64,000 nt of DNA from the NCBI RefSeq assembly GCF_963921235.1, contig NC_086097.1, positions 90,150,001 through 90,214,000 on the forward strand. The letters are read 5' to 3'. Position numbers and translations under genes: made by a program. Under the pieces are notes generated by a model. That model was not told the DNA's origin and did not search any database. It saw only the letters and a list, made by a program, of their open reading frames with translations. Shown piece after piece: positions 63,270 to 64,000 of this stretch (the first letter of the stretch is position 1; the number at the start of each line of letters is the position of its first letter). The stretch comes from Mobula hypostoma. Taxonomy: Eukaryota.

Positions 63270-63905
63270 ACTAAGGTACAGCAATGAAGTTGTCCTGCAT
63301 ACTGTTCATATCGATCAAATCATTACAAAGTGCACTGAGGTAGTAATAACAGAATGAAGTGTAATAGCTTTAGAGAAAAGGAGCAGGTAGACAATAATAT
63401 CTAAGATCATAACAAGGTAGATACTAGGGAACCATTCAATAGTCTTTTAACGGACAAAAACAGTCCTTGAGCCAGCTAGTTTGTGCTTTCAAACTTTCGT
63501 AACTACTGTGCAATAGGAGAAGGGAGAAGAGAGAAGATCTGGCTGGGTGGGTCTTTGATAACACTGGCTGGTTTACCAAAGCAGCAAAAGGTGCAGTGAA
63601 AGTCCATAGAACGGAGGCTGGTTTCCATAATGTGCTGAGCTGTGTCCATGAGTTTCAGCATTTTATTGCAGACATGGGCAGAGCAGATTCCATCCCAAGC
63701 CATGATGCATCCGGATAGCTTGCTTTCAGTGACACATCAATAAGCATTCATAAGGGTCAATTGGGAAATGCCAAATTCCTTGAGCCACTTGAGGATGTAG
63801 GGGCGTTGGTGAGCTTTCTTTGCCCTGCTGCCAACATGGTTGGACCAAGGCAGGCATTTGGTGACGTTCATTCCTTGGAACTGAAAGCTCTCGACCTTAG
63901 CACTG
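63270..63905 (-). mobile_element. Degenerate Rex1/Babar-like LINE 3' end
   Basis: Antisense match to the remnants at 4100-4480 and 2300-2660. Confidence 0.55.
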
Positions 63906-64000
63906 TTGGTATAAGACCTGGATGCAAATTAGGCCATTCAGCACATTGTCTGCTCCACCACTCTATCGTGGTTGATCCATTTTCCCCCTCAATCCCATTC

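Overview
Repeat-dominated eukaryotic DNA with no recognisable host protein-coding gene. It is probably intronic or intergenic sequence from a cartilaginous fish (inferred from the HER1-type CR1 LINEs and HE1/V-SINE-like repeats). Almost every long ORF derives from a retrotransposon: CR1 LINEs (esterase ORF1 plus APE-RT ORF2), Neptune-type Penelope-like elements (PLE; RT plus GIY-YIG), RTE and Rex1/Babar LINEs. There are also tRNA-SINEs, two solo LTRs, Tc1 and hAT MITEs, and a Harbinger transposase fossil. The most striking signal is a set of PLE insertions carrying minimal hammerhead-ribozyme motifs. Six of them are inverted insertions with a 3' end pointing outward on both sides, bounded by 13-15 bp target-site duplications (TSDs), and several have locally templated filler at the central junction. 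They include 230-270 bp palindromic double-hammerhead mini-elements and a 3.8 kb inverted element whose arms look like different subfamilies. The window also holds an old tandem duplication (about 2.0-5.4 kb versus 7.4-18.6 kb) and a three-layer nested insertion. TSD and motif coordinates were counted by eye; boundaries of degenerate repeats are approximate and family names were not database-checked.
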